Source: Selaginella moellendorffii (lineage: Eukaryota > Plantae > Lycopodiophyta). From it: DNA of 64,000 nucleotides. The translations under genes were made by a program, and so were the position numbers. Positions 38,401-53,200 of this stretch are shown piece by piece; positions within the stretch are counted from its first letter, which is position 1, and each line of letters starts with the position of its first letter. Below the pieces are notes generated by a model. It ran no database searches. It was not told the DNA's origin and saw only the letters and a program-made list of their open reading frames with translations. The DNA is taken from positions 882,645 through 946,644 of the forward strand of contig NW_003314298.1 of assembly GCF_000143415.4 (NCBI RefSeq). The letters are read 5' to 3'.

Positions 38401-39070
38401 TGTAGCGCATGTGATCATGGGATGAGATTTGGATATACTGTCACCGTGGATCCTTGGAACCTTGGGAGATAAATGGGGATAAAATAGCCACTAAGGGCTC
38501 TCTCATCAAGCAATTGCCCCTTTTCCAGTTGGCTTAAGGGGAGAGAGATAAGGTGCGCTACAGTTGGTATCGGAGCAAATGGCACGGGTTCGATTCCCAT
38601 TGATTAGTGGCTACTTAAAAGTATAATATACCCTTGAGCAAGGTATATTCCTACCCCTAAATTTGAAATCGTACGTATTGGGCATCCATGCATACGTCCT
38701 TCCTCTTGTGTGGAGTATCCACGGACGAAGGTATCCACCGTGGGACTGCAGTACGGGTGGATGACTAGTTGCCTCACATGGAATAGCTAGTCTACACAAT
38801 GGAAGGATTGGTAGATTGAGTGCGGAAATGGAGGTGCTGGTTCCCCTTGGCTCAGTAGGGGTTGTTAGTCAATAGTCAATGAGGACATTGACATCTCTGA
38901 AGGGGGGGTGAGTGTAGCGCATGTGATCATGGGATGAGATTTGGATATACTGTCACCGTGGATCCTTGGAACCTTGGGAGATAAATGGGGATAAAATAGC
39001 CACTAAGGGCTCTCTCATCAAGCAATTGCCCCTTTTCCAGTTGGCTTAAGGGGAGAGAGATAAGGTGCGC
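38401..39070 (+). mobile_element. TRIM (LTR-A 162 bp, iMet PBS, 350-bp internal domain, PPT, LTR-A)
   Basis: LTR-A 38401-38562 (TGTAGCGCA...TGCGCTACA); PBS TGGTATCGGAGC 38565-38576; PPT AGGGGGGGTGAG 38901-38912; second LTR 38913-39070 lacks its last 4 nt. Confidence 0.9.
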
Positions 39071-39710
39071 TTGTGACTTCGGGTATCGAAAGTTACCTGT
39101 CGGCTAGTCCTTACGGACACTCTTACCTTACTGCCACGATGGCAGGAGGTCGGTATTGCTGGACCCGTTATTAGTCTCCGCCTAAGCTAGTTGAGAAACT
39201 GGTCCACGCGTGTGCACTTGACCAGATGGGCATAAGGATGGAATTCCTAAGTGCTATTAGTCAAGCATACTTGACCTGGTTAGAGAAACTCATTCGTTGA
39301 CTTGCACTTGCTAGTGTTGGGAACCCCCGCGATATTGAGCTTGGTCCCTCAACATCGCTAGATGATAGCTTACCGTGTCTGCCAAACACCCTCGCTATCA
39401 TGCCCTTTGTGTTAGTCTCATTTCGGTCCCAAATGCTATTTATGGAAAGTGTCCAGATTTGCTCATTTGGCATATCTACGGAATGTAGAGATTGGCCTGA
39501 ACACAATGGTGTTCGTCCCGTGTCCAAATTCTGATAGCAATGGTAGCACATCCGCGTTAGACAAAGAGGTTGCCCCCTTAACTCATTTAAGTTGGTGCAT
39601 TTCTCACATAGTGTGAGTACCGTGAACTTTTTCTGGAGTTGTTTCCTTGGCGGTATTCTAGACTCGAGAATGCATCGACGAGGACGTCGATCTTCCCAAG
39701 GGGGGGAGAG

Positions 39711-40854
39711 TGTCGCGCATGTGACTTCGGGTATCGAAAGTTACCTGTCGGCTAGTCCTTACGGACACTCTTACCTTACTGCCACGATGGCAGGAGGTCG
39801 GTATTGCTGGACCCGTTATTAGTCTCCGCCTAAGCTATTTGAGAAACTGGTCCACGCGTGTGCACTTGACCAGATGGGCATAAGGATGGAATTCCTAAGT
39901 GCTATTAGTCAAGCATACTTGACCTGGTTAGAGAAACTCATTCGTTGACTTGCACTTGCTAGTGTTGGGAACCCCCGCGATATTGAGCTTGGTCCCTCAA
40001 CATCGCTAGATGATAGCTTACCGTGTCTGCCAAACACCCTCGCTATCATGCCCTTTGTGTTAGTCTCATTTCGGTCCCAAATGCTATTTATGGAAAGTGT
40101 CCAGATTTGCTCATTTGGCATATCTACGGAATGTAGAGATTGGCCTGAACACAATGGTGTTCGTCCCGTGTCCAAATTCGCAATCTAGGGACATTCCATA
40201 TTTAGTAAGTTTCGAGCTTGTCCCAGAGACTAACTCCAGATACTAAGGGAGGCTTGGGGTGAAAGCCCAAAGCGTGTGTTCCTCAAGGGGGGGGGGGCTA
40301 TAGGGGGTTCCAAATGTATAGTAGGGATAGTGGGTAGGTCGGGCATGGCCGACCAACCTAAGGCATAGTCTAGCTCCCGCTTGCGTGCCTGTCCTTGTTC
40401 TGCGTCCGGCTTGGGTCTAAGCCCAAGTTCCATTCCATGCTAGTTGGTGGAGTACCCATATCCTCGCGTTAGGCCACCGGTATGCCGAAATAGCGCCAGA
40501 CTCCGTTTGGCTCCGTTTTGCGTGCTGGTCCTGGCATTGGGATGCTGGTTGCTCTAGGACTGTTCCAAGTCGCTCCGGGCCCCTGTCCCTTCGCTCCTTG
40601 GGCTATATGCTCGGGAGTTGCTCCGTGGTCCGGTTCCATCACTCCTTGGCGTCACGCTTGGGAGTTTGGCACCGTTCCTTCGTTCAGTGGCCCAAGGCCC
40701 TGAACCTCGGGTTCCTGTGGACACGTGGCACGGACACGTGGTATGTGACACGTGGCATCTGTCACGTGGCACAAAGAGGGTTTAGGTTCCGCTTCGTGGT
40801 GTTATCCTATGGTAAATCACCATAGGATAAAGGGTCAAAACCACGTGCGCTACA
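39711..40854 (+). repeat. LTR-B (1144 bp) with upstream PPT and downstream iMet PBS; partial copy at 39072-39531
   Basis: TGTCGCGCATGTGA...GTGCGCTACA; PPT 39698-39710; PBS TGGTATCAGAG 40857-40867. Confidence 0.9.
40722..40770. promoter_or_regulatory. Cluster of four G-box/ABRE motifs (CACGTGG) in LTR-B
   Basis: CACGTG at 40722, 40735, 40749 and 40763 (plus 40842); repeated in the other full LTR-B copies. Confidence 0.55.
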
Positions 40855-40881
40855 TTTGGTATCAGAGACTTACTAAATATG

Positions 40882-42306
40882 CAAAACTCATCACTCGAAT
40901 CAACAATGCCACTTCCACCAACACAAGTGCTAGCGATGTCAATGCATCAACCTCACACCTTCTCCATCCAATAATCTACTCCAAGTGCTAACGAATCAAC
41001 CGACAAGCTATAGCAAATGAATGCTACAACCCTTTTCCAACACCTTAGTGGGCAAACTTAAGGAAACAAGGTACCTACTTAAGCTTAGCATAATGGACCA
41101 CTATAGAGAATCCAATCAAAGCTACTACAATGCTACTTCGTGTAAGTAGACTAGCTTCTCCATCAACCACTTTGGGGTTGATCATCATTTACCCAAGCAA
41201 CTTCGTAAACACATTGCTCATTATCACATGGATATGATATAAATCACAATGACTTGATCATCAATTGAGTAACGCAATGAGCAAAGCTTATGTCATTACT
41301 TCAAATGTTTATGTGAGTATCAAATGCCAACTCGATTCGACAAAATGCAACATAAATGCCACACTCCACCAATAGAGATTTATGACACCCAACACCACTA
41401 ACTTTTGTTCACAACACAGACAAGCTTATGCCACTCTCTTTCCGACCAATCTCAAAACTATTCCAACACCAAGCTACTCAAGGAGCAATAACAAGGTTCC
41501 CCAGAAAAGAATTGAGCATTGCAACCCAAGTCTTCCAACAGCGAGCCTAGACAAAATGGTTTAGTGTTTCACCACTATCCATCCCATAACTCACCACTTG
41601 TAAGACCACCATCTCCAACATGCATCAAGGTAGGGACTCTTGATTGCATAATGTAAACACGAGCAATGAGTCACACCTCGTTGCAAATCATCTCTTCAAG
41701 AAGAGAACATGATTTACGTCTTTGATCCTCCGTCCCCGATGCCTCTCTTTTCGGTCTCATCTTTGACCAAACCTCAAGCTTGCTTTCACACTGCCTTCAG
41801 TTCAATCGAAGAAAAGTTTATGAGAGAGCACGGCAATGATTACTTGAACCAATAGACTAATCCCTATAGTCTTGATTGATCCACTTATAATCATGCCTAG
41901 GAAGGATCCACTAGTGCCGTGCTAAACAGCTACGGACCAGCCTATTTGCCACTCATAGCAAACTCAGGGAAAGTTTACTTTCACCCACGGTATATGGAAC
42001 AACTCATGGAACCACCGATAGGCTAACATTAATCCTGCCAACTCAAAGTGTAACCTCAAGTTGCTAATGCGCCTCACTCAAACTCGTGCAAATGGAACAT
42101 CTCCAAACCATCCTATGAGCCCAAGTGCAAGCTCACATCATAAGGTACAACAAGGTAACCCAAAACCTATCCCAAGGAACCAATGCGAAGTCTTTGCACC
42201 AAAACGTGTACCCACTCGGATCATCGTTTTCATCTCTGCGTATGCAACGAGACTAGTTGCCCAATCTCATTGAATAGTACTCGCTGAGACTCATTCTCTG
42301 ATACCA
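40882..42306 (-). mobile_element. 5' part of the long non-coding internal domain (LARD-like), with PBS
   Basis: Near-identical to 48030-49460 and 54980-56392; PBS at 42296-42306. Confidence 0.85.
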
Positions 42307-42308
42307 AA

Positions 42309-43334
42309 TGTAGCGCACCTTATCTCTCTCCCCTTAAGCCAATTGGAAAAGGGGCAATTGCTTGATGAGAGAGCCCTTAGTGGCTATTTTATCCCCATTT
42401 ATCTCCCAAGGTTCCAAGGATCCACGGTGACAGTATATCCAAATCTCATCCTATGATCACATGCGCTACACTCACCCCCCCTTCAGAGATGTCAATGTCC
42501 TCATTGACTATTGACTAACAACCCCTACTGAGCCAAGGGGAACCAGCACCTCCATTTCCGCACTCAATCTACCAATCCTTCCATTGTGTAGACCAGCTAT
42601 TCTATGTGAGGCAACTAGTCATCCACCCGTACCGCAGTCCCACGGTGGATACCTTCGTCCGTGGATACTCCACACAAGAGGAAGGACATACGCATGAATG
42701 CCCAATACGTACGATTTCAATTTTAGGGGTAGGAATATACCTTGCTCAAGGGTATATTATACTTTTAAGTAGCCACTAATCAATGGGAATCGAACCCGTG
42801 CCATTTTCTCTGATACCAACTGTAGCGCACCTTATCTCTCTCCCCTTAAGCCAATTGGAAAAGGGGCAATTGCTTGATGAGAGAGCCCTTAGTGGCTATT
42901 TTATCCCCATTTATCTCCCAAGGTTCCAAGGATCCACGGTGACAGTATATTCAAATCTCATCCCATGATCACATGCGCTACACTCACCCCCCCTTCAGAG
43001 ATGTCAATGTCCTCATTGACTATTGACTAACAACCCCTACTGAGCCAAGGGGAACCAGCACCTCCATTTCCGCACTCAATCTACCAATCCTTCCATTGTG
43101 TAGACCAGCTATTCCATGTGAGGCAACTAGTCATCCACCCGTACCGCAGTCCCACGGTGGATACCTTCGTCCGTGGATACTCCACACAAGAGGAAGGACG
43201 TATGCATGGATGCCTAATACGTACGATTTCAAATTTTTAGGGGTAGGAATATACCTTGCTCAAGGGTATATTATACTTTTAAGTAGCCACTAATCAATGG
43301 GAATCGAACCCATGCCATTTGCTCTGATACCAAA
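42309..43334 (-). mobile_element. Two tandem TRIM-A units (LTR-A 42309-42470 and 42821-42982, plus internal domains)
   Basis: 512-bp periodicity; PBS and PPT present in each unit. Confidence 0.9.
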
Positions 43335-46300
43335 TGTAGCGCACGTGGTTTTGACCCTTTATCCTATGGTGATTTACCATAGGATAACACCACGAAGCGG
43401 AACCTAAACCCTCTTTGTGCCACGTGACAGATGCCACGTGTCACATACCACGTGTCCGTGCCACGTGTCCACAGGAACCCGAGGTTCAGGGCCTTGGGCC
43501 ACTGAACGAAGGAACGGTGCCAAACTCCCAAGCGTGACGCCAAGGAGTGATGGAACCGGACCACGGAGCAACTCCCGAGCATATAGCCCAAGGAGCGAAG
43601 GGACAGGGGCCCGGAGCGACTTGGAACAGTCCTAGAGCAACCAGCATCCCAATGCCAGGACCAGCACGCAAAACGGAGCCAAACGGAGTCTGGCGCTATT
43701 TCGGCATACCGGTGGCCTAACGCGAGGATATGGGTACTCCACCAACTAGCATGGAATGGAACTTGGGCTTAGACCCAAGCCGGACGCAGAACAAGGACAG
43801 GCACGCAAGCGGGAGCTAGACTATGCCTCAGGTTGGTCGGCCATGCCCGACCTACCCACTATCCCTACTATACATTTGGAACCCCCTATAGCCCCCCCCC
43901 CTTGAGGAACACACGCTTTGGGCTTTCACCCCAAGCCTCCCTTAGTATCTGGAGTTAGTCTCTGGGACAAGCTCGAAACTTACTAAATATGGAATGTCCC
44001 TAGATTGCGAATTTGGACACGGGACGAACACCATTGTGTTCAGGCCAATCTCTACATTCCGTAGATATGCCAAATGAGCAAATCTGGACACTTTCCATAA
44101 ATAGCATTTGGGACCGAAATGAGACTAACACAAAGGGCATGATAGCGAGGGTGTTTGGCAGACACGGTAAGCTATCATCTAGCGATGTTGAGGGACCAAG
44201 CTCAATATCGCGGGGGTTCCCAACACTAGCAAATGCAAGTCAACGAATGAGTTTCTCTAACCAGGTCAAGTATGCTTGACTAATAGCACTTAGGAATTCC
44301 GTCCTTATGCCTATCTGGTCAAGTGCACACGCGAGGACCAGTTTCTCAACTAGCTTAGGCGGAGACTAATAACGGGTCCAGCAATACCGACCTCCTGCCA
44401 TTGTGGCAGTAAGGTAAGAGTGTCCGTAAGGACTAGCCGACAGGTAACTTTCGATACCCGAAGTCACATGCGCGACACTCTCCCCCCCTTGGGAAGATCG
44501 ACGTCCTCGTCGATGCATTCTCGAGTCTAGAATACCGCCAAGGAAACAACTCCAGAAAAAGTTCACGGTACTCACACTATGTGAGAAATGCACCAACTTA
44601 AATGAGTTAAGGGGGCAACCTCTTTGTCTAACGCGGATGCGCTACCAGCTCAGACACCTTCCGGCCGTCGCCGACAAGGAAATGACCAACAGAATCAGCC
44701 ACCCTTGCTGCTCTGGGTGTCACCCAGCTACAAAAGTGTGATATGCCCTGCCCGCAGGAACATAGAGAGAGAAGCCAGAGGCCCCTACTCTCCTAAGCAA
44801 AGAAACCAAACCCGTCGGTAAGGTTTAGATAGACTACTGTCAACAGGCAGTTAGAGTTGTTTACACGGTCACGCCCTTTCACAGAATAAAGAACATCGAC
44901 AGAGAGGCGGGTTATGTGACCAGTCAACAGTAGCTACCCCATGACTAGAGATTTCACCATGCACACGAAGTGCCGAAGCCAGTCTGCCCATTACTGGCCC
45001 AAACTCAAAGATCAATAGATGGATAATATCAAAGTCAGAGACAATGATATCTTAGAGATTTAATTATCAGTGAATAAAGCTTAGATTAGAACACAAAAGT
45101 ATTCCAAGTAAGTTATCATCCGATAAACCAGTAGTATTGTAGATAGGACCCACCAAGATCATCATAATTGGTAAACATAGGAATCACCATCTAACAAAAT
45201 TGAATAGCAAGTATATCATCAAGGAAACGCAATGATGAAACTTAACTATCGAAGATAGTAGACAGTAAGCCAACAACTTACTAGAGAGAACTCAAAGAAC
45301 ACAAAGTATCATTGACTAACAAGCACAATGCTCGCGAATGTATCACCCAAAGGAAATAACATCCAAATCTATCAAAACTAACTCGAGCAACAATCAACAG
45401 AACAAAATGAATGTTGCAAAGCAAACAAACGCTTGTTCATATTAACCATTACACTAGCCAATCCGAATAGATCCCAGCCAACAACACGAAGGAACTCAAG
45501 TTGCCTAAGCAAGTGTTAGCAACATCCTACGGATGTCTCAAACCCAAGAGACCAATCCAGAGCAAACCACAAAGAATATGTGGTATTGTGAAAAGCCAAA
45601 AGCCATCAAAGAGAACAACCAACTATCATGAAAGATCGTCAATTAGCCCATCAATGTAGTGATGTATAATCATCGTTGAAGAAAGAATCTACCATCCCGA
45701 AGAATAGCAAATAATTCCAAACCAACAATAATCAAGCAAAACTTGTGATAAGGACAATTAACTACCCTAGATGATAGTCAATCATCACCAATGATTGCCA
45801 GATGCAAAAACCAACTTCAACATCGAAGCTAATGAGCCAAAATGCCTTCCCCAACAACTTCTAACAAATGGAACAATGAGCACAAAACTCAAGAACCAAA
45901 AGCTCGAAGAAGCCTATAACTAAGTTTTGCCTAATAATGATCACGAGTCTCATAGAAGCTAACTTCAATGCTAAAGAAGAAATCATGGTGCAACCCACAA
46001 TATCTTCCTCAACACATCCATAAGCCAAACTTTATAATGCCAAAGCTAATGAAGAGCATTTCTGCATCAATCCAAAAGCTAAGCATAACGAAGCTATGCT
46101 TAACAAGTGATCATCAAACGATCCTCCATGAATCCATCTATGCAAGACGTAACTCACTTCATAACAAGCTCAAAAAGAATCATTAATGATTGCTATATTC
46201 CGAACTCAAATCCAGCAAGGACTCAACATTCTAATATCGATCACTAACTCTTCTTCTCGTAGAGTTAGCATAGTCCACGACTAAATCACTTTTCAAGGAA

Positions 46301-49300
46301 AAGCTAAAGCTCAACCCTCTACTAAATAATCTCGTCTAGAACACAACTAACTCAACTTGCCACTCAGTTCGTTTGAACGTCAACACAGTTGCTAACTAGC
46401 AAATGCACGAATGCCAACAACACAAAGCTATAGCCAAATCATCAACACTATATTCATCAAGACTAATGAAACTCAATATCAATCCTTGGAAGGATATCTC
46501 ATTTCACTCAAGTCTCAATATCAACAATATCAATGACAAGGCATCACTTCAATGCTATCAACACCAGGACAAAGCTAGAAGAAAGCAAGAGTGAATCACC
46601 ACTCGGAGCTTTCCAGCAACCAAGCTAACCAAAGTCGAAGATACTATACTTAGTATCTGAGACCAATCCTTCAGCAAAACTCAGTGACAGATAACACATC
46701 ATCAAGGAGTGAATCACCACATCCAAGACTCAATGAAATCCAACACCACGGACTAAACGTAACCAAATGATATCGACAGAGATAGAATCGATATACTAAC
46801 ATAGGAAAGCTATGCAAGTCTAACGACACGATCCTCTGCAACACCATCCGGTAAAGCAAGCCCATCACTGCTAAATCATCATCGAGCAAAGCAAGTGTCA
46901 ATTGTCCTTGATGAAGTCTACAAGTAATCACTAGTCGCAAAGCAACTAACAATCACTCCTCAACTTGCGTTCACAAGACCCAAACACCAACTCATATCAT
47001 CGAGTCACATACTCATCCAATATGAACGTAATACCACAAGTATGAGATAAAAGTTCATAGATAAGCACAAACTAAATGACCACTCAAATCCAACTCAACT
47101 GTAATAAGCTCACTCAAACATTTAGCCACTAGCTCTGAGCATGCCTTGAAGAGGCTAGCTATGCATGATCAACACTCAGCCGAAACAAAAGTGAAGACCA
47201 TGAGATGAACTCATATCGGTACACAACCTCCTCATAGACAAAGCTATAGTACGGGTACCAACATCTCAACCTCAAACAACTAAGTTGGACATCACCATCC
47301 TCAGCCAAGGCGCAGGGCCACCAAGACCAAGTCAAGATTAGTGAGAGCTCACTACTCTCATAGAGTCTTAGCGAAATGCAAGGTGCAATCTGCCACCGAG
47401 CATAATGCTACAAAAGAAAGGCATAAGAGTCACCTTTCTTAGAAAAGCGCAACGGCCACTTTCCTACATCAACTCCAGACTCTATCCAACCCAATTGCTT
47501 TAGCCCCAAAAGTCAGCATCCCTTTCGGGCCGCATCATACAAACTACTTACTAAGATCTAAGCCAACCGAAGTCAACTCCAACCTCTTCACTAGTTTGTA
47601 CTGGCTTTCGAAAACAGAATGGTTTTCGGACAAAGTGATCAACAGATCAGCCATTGGAAAAGCCTAAGAAAATTTGTGGAAAATTTCCATCCTAGAGAAA
47701 GAATGACTCTCAGTCCAGGATTGCAAACTTTCAAGACTCAACCAACTTCATCCTACAAACAACTTCACATAGGTTCACCTCGACACAGATTCTTATGATC
47801 CATAATATGCTTAAGCATCGAACATCTTTGCCCATTTTCCTGACATCCAACTCCGACATCCGCAAAGTGCAAAATGAACATCCAAGGCTTGATCACGAAG
47901 ACCACATCTTCGGATATCCACATTGCACTAACACTCTTCTTCAATCATCTTCAAGATCCAATGTGAAGCCAAAACACTAACAAGAAAAATGACATGGAAA
48001 AAAAAATCAAGGTCCAAAGAAAATTCCTCATCACTTGAAATAACAATGCCACTTCCACTAACACAAGTGCTAGTGACGTCAATGCCCCAACTCCACATCT
48101 TCTCCATCCAACAATCTACTCCAAGTGCTAACGGATCAACCGACAAGCTATAGCAAATGAATGCTACAACCCTTTTCCAACACCTTAGTGGGCAAACTTA
48201 AGGAAACAAGGTACTTACTTAAGCTTAGCATAATGGACCACTATAGAGAATCCAATCAAAGCTACTACAATGCTACTTCGTGTAAGTAGACTAGCTTCTC
48301 CATCAACCACTTTGGGGTTGATCATCATTTACCCAAGCAACTTCGTAAACACATTGCTCATTATCACATGGATATGATATAAATCACAATGACTTGATCA
48401 TCAATTGAGTAACGCAATGAGCAAAGCTTATGTCATTACTTCAAATGTTTATGTGAGTATCAAATGCCAACTCGATTCGACAAAATGCAACATAAATGCC
48501 ACACTCCACCAATAGAGATTTATGACACCCAACACCACTAACTTTTGTTCACAACACAGACAAGCTTATGCCACTCTCTTTCCGACCAATCTCAAAACTA
48601 TTCCAACACCAAGCTACTCAAGGAGCAATAACAAGGTTCCCCAGAAAAGAATTGAGCATTGCAACCCAAGTCTTCCAACAGCGAGCCTAGACAAAATGGT
48701 TTAGTGTTTCACCACTATCCATCCCATAACTCACCACTTGTAAGACCACCATCTCCAACATGCATCAAGGTAGGGACTCTTGATTGCATAATGTAAACAC
48801 GAGCAATGAGTCACACCTCGTTGCAAATCATCTCTTCAAGAAGAGAACATGATTTACGTCTTTGATCCTTCGTCCCCAATGAGTCTCTTTCCGGTCTCAT
48901 CTTTGACCAAACCTCAAACTTGCTTTCGCACTGCCTTCAGTTCAATCGAAGAAAAGTTTATAAGAGATCACAGCAATAATTACATGAACCAATAGACTAT
49001 TCCCTACAGTCTTGATTGATCCACTTATAATCATGCCTAGGAAGGATCTACTAGTGCCATGCTAAACAGCTATGGACCAGCCTATTTGCCACTCATAGCA
49101 AACCCAGGGAGGTTTGCTTTCACCCATGGTACATGGAACAACTCATGGAACCACCGATAGGCTAACATTAATCCTGCCAACTCAAAGTGTAACCTCGAGT
49201 TGCTAATGCGCCTCACTCACGAGCCCAAGCGCAAACTCGTGCTACTGGAACAACTCAAATCCATCTTATGAGCCCAAGAGCAAGCTCACATAATTACGGT

Positions 49301-49624
49301 ACAAGAAGGTAACCGAATCCATACCCAAGGAACGATTGCGAAGTCTTTGCACCCAAAACGTGTACCCACTCGGATCATCGTTTTCATCTCTGCGTATGCA
49401 ACGAGACTAGTTGCCCAATCTCATTGAATAGTACTCGCTGAGACTCATTCTCTGATACCAACTGTAGCGCACCTTATCTCTCTCCCCTTAAGCCAACTGG
49501 AAAAGGGGCAATTGCTTGATGAGAGAGCCCTTAGTGGCTATTTTATCCCCATTTATCTCCCAAGGTTCCAAGGATCCACGGTGACAGTATATCCAAATCT
49601 CATCCCATGATCACATGCGCTACA
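43335..49624 (-). mobile_element. Non-autonomous LARD-like unit with unlike LTRs: LTR-A (49463-49624), PBS, ~5-kb internal domain, PPT, LTR-B (43335-44477)
   Basis: PBS at 49450-49460; PPT at 44478-44490; no long ORF in the internal domain. Confidence 0.85.
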
Positions 49625-50290
49625 CTCACCCCCCCTTCAGAGATGTCAATGTCCTCATTGACTATTGACTAACAACCCCTACTGAGCCAAGGGGAACCAG
49701 CACCTCCATTTCCGCACTCAATCTACCAATCCTTCCATTGTGTAGACTAGCTATTCCATGTGAGGCAACTAGTCATCCACCCGTACCGCAGTCCCACGGT
49801 GGATACCTTCGTCCGTGGATACTCCACACAAGAGGAAGGACGTATGCATGGATGCCCAATACGTACGATTTCAAATTTTTAGGGGTAGGAATATACCTTG
49901 CTCAAGGGTATATTATACTTTTAAGTAGCCACTAATCAATGGGAATCGAACCCGTGCCATTTGCTCCGATACCAACTGTAGCGCACGTGGTTTTGACCCT
50001 TTATCCTATGGTGATTTACCATAGGATAACACCACGAAGCGGAACCTAAACCCTCTTTGTGATTAACCAAGGTTCCAAGGATCCACGGTGACAGTATATC
50101 CAAATCTCATCCCATGATCACATGCGCTACACTCACCCCCCCTTCAGAGATGTCAATGTCCTCATTGACTATTGACTAACAACCCTTACTGAGCCAAGGG
50201 GAACTAGCACCTCCATTTCCGCACTCAATCTACCAATCCTTCCATTGTGTAGACTAGCTATTCCATGCGCGACACTGCTCTGATACCAAA
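49625..50290 (-). mobile_element. TRIM-A internal domain, hybrid A/B LTR (49977-50131) and a truncated TRIM-A internal domain
   Basis: LTR-B 3' 85 bp plus ATTAA plus LTR-A 5' 65 bp; PBS at 49963-49974 and 50277-50288. Confidence 0.8.
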
Positions 50291-53200
50291 TGTAGCGCAC
50301 GTGGTTTTGACCCTTTATCCTATGGTGATTTACCATAGGATAACACCACGAAGCGGAACCTAAACCCTCTTTGTGCCACGTGACAGATGCCACGTGTCAC
50401 ATACCACGTGTCCGTGCCATGTGTCCACAGGAACCCGAGGTTCAGGGCCTTGGGCCACTGAACGAAGGAACGGTGCCAAACTCCCAAGCGTGACGCCAAG
50501 GAGTGATGGAACCGGACCACGGAGCAACTCCCGAGCATATAGCCCAAGGAGCGAAGGGACAGGGGCCCGGAGCGACTTGGAACAGTCCTAGAGCAACCAG
50601 CATCCCAATGCCAGGACCAGCACGCAAAACGGAGCCAAACGGAGTCTGGCGCTATTTCGGCATACCGGTGGCCTAACGCGAGGATATGGGTACTCCACCA
50701 ACTAGCATGGAATGGAACTTGGGCTTAGACCCAAGCCGGACGCAGAACAAGGACAGGCATGCAAGCGGGAGCTAGACTATGCCTCAGGTTGGTCGGCCAT
50801 GCCCGACCTACCCACTATCCCTACTATACATTTGGAACCCCCTATAGCCCCCCCCCCTTGAGGAACACACGCTTTGGGCTTTCACCCCAAGCCTCCCTTA
50901 GTATCTGGAGTTAGTCTCTGGGACAAGCTCGAAACTTACTAAATATGGAATGTCCCTAGATTGCGAATTTGGACACGGGACGAACACCATTGTGTTCAGG
51001 CCAATCTCTACATTCCGTAGATATGCCAAATGAGCAAATCTGGACACTTTCCATAAATAGCATTTGGGACCGAAATGAGACTAACACAAAGGGCATGATA
51101 GCGAGGGTGTTTGGCAGACACGGTAAGCTATCATCTAGCGATGTTGAGGGACCAAGCTCAATATCGCGGGGGTTCCCAACACTAGCAAGTGCAAGTCAAC
51201 GAATGAGTTTCTCTAACCAGGTCAAGTATGCTTGACTAATAGCACTTAGGAATTCCGTCCTTATGCCCATCTGGTCAAGTGCACACGCGTGGACCAGTTT
51301 CTCAACTAGCTTAGGCGGAGACTAATAACGGGTCCAGCAATACCGACCTCCTGCCATCGTGGCAGTAAGGTAAGAGTGTCCGTAAGGACTAGCCGACAGG
51401 TAACTTTCGATACCCGAAGTCACATGCGCGACACTCTCCCCCCCTTGGGAAGATCGACGTCCTCGTCGATGCATTCTCGAGTCTAGAATACCGCCAAGGA
51501 AACAACTCCAGAAAAAGTTCACGGTACTCACACTATGTGAGAAATGCACCAACTTAAATGAGTTAAGGGGGCAACCTCTTTGTCTAACGCGGATGCGCTA
51601 CTAGCTCAGACACCTTCCGGCCGTCGCCGACAAGGAAATGACCAACGGAGTCAGCCACCCCTGCTGCTCTGGGAGTCACCCAGCTTACAAAAGTGTGATA
51701 TGCCCTGCCCGCAGGAACATAGAGAGAGAAGCCAGAGGCCCCTACTCTCCTAAGCAAAGAAACCAAACCCGTCGGTAAGGTTTAGATAGACTACTGTCAA
51801 CAGGCAGTTTAGAGTTGTTTACACGGTCACGCCCTTTCACAGAATAAAGAACATCGACAGAGAGGCGGGTTATGTGACCAGTCAACAGTAGCTACCCCAT
51901 GACTAGAGATTTCACCATGCACACGAAGTGCCGAAGCCAGTCTGCCCATTACTGGCCCAAACTCAAAGATCAATAGATGGACAATATCAAAGTCAGAGAC
52001 AATGATATCTTAGAGATTTAATTATCAGTGAATAAAGCTTAGATTAGAACACAAAAGTATTCCAAGTAAGTTATCATCCGATAAACCAGTAGTATTGTAG
52101 ATAGGACCCACCAAGATCATCATAATTGGTAAACATAGGAATCACCATCTAACAAAATTGAATAGCAAGTATATCATCAAGGAAACGCAATGATGAAACT
52201 TAACTATCGAAGATAGTAGACAGTAAGCCAACAACTTACTAGAGAGAACTCAAAGAACACAAAGTATCATTGACTAACAAGCACAATGCTCGCGAATGTA
52301 TCACCCAAAGGAAATAACATCCAAATCTATCAAAACTAACTCGAGCAACAATCAACAGAACAAAATGAATGTTGCAAAGCAAACAAACGCTTGTTCATAT
52401 TAACCATTACACTAGCCAATCCGAATAGATCCCAGCCAACAACACGAAGGAACTCAAGTTGCCTAAGCAAGTGTTAGCAACATCCTACGGATGTCTCAAA
52501 CCCAAGAGACCAATCCAGAGCAAACCACAAAGAATATGTGGTATTGTGAAAAGCCAAAAGCCATCAAAGAGAACAACCAACTATCATGAAAGATCGTCAA
52601 TTAGCCCATCAATGTAGTGATGTATAATCATCGTTGAAGAAAGAATCTACCATCCCGAAGAATAGCAAATAATTCCAAACCAACAATAATCAAGCAAAAC
52701 TTGTGATAAGGACAATTAACTACCCTAGATGATAGTCAATCATCACCAATGATTGCCAGATGCAAAAACCAACTTCAACATCGAAGCTAATGAGCCAAAA
52801 TGCCTTCCCCAACAACTTCTAACAAATGGAACAATGAGCACAAAACTCAAGAACCAAAAGCTCGAAGAAGCCTATAACTAAGTTTTGCCTAATAATGATC
52901 ACGAGTCTCATAGAAGCTAACTTCAATGCTAAAGAAGAAATCATGGTGCAACCCACAATATCTTCCTCAACACATCCATAAGCCAAACTTTATAATGCCA
53001 AAGCTAATGAAGAGCATTTCTGCATCAATCCAAAAGCTAAGCATAACGAAGCTATGCTTAACAAGTGATCATCAAACGATCCTCCATGAATCCATCTATG
53101 CAAGACGTAACTCACTTCATAACAAGCTCAAAAAGAATCATTAATGATTGCTATATTCCGAACTCAAATCCAGCAAGGACTCAACATTCTAATATCGATC

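Noticed and set aside
38586-38600. tRNA gene or SINE (GGGTTCGATTCCC)
   Set aside because: No cloverleaf or A box; it sits just after the PBS and may be extended complementarity to the primer tRNA.
38401-40854. Hammerhead ribozyme (retrozyme) in LTR-A or LTR-B
   Set aside because: I found no CUGANGA...GAAA core with flanking stems by eye.
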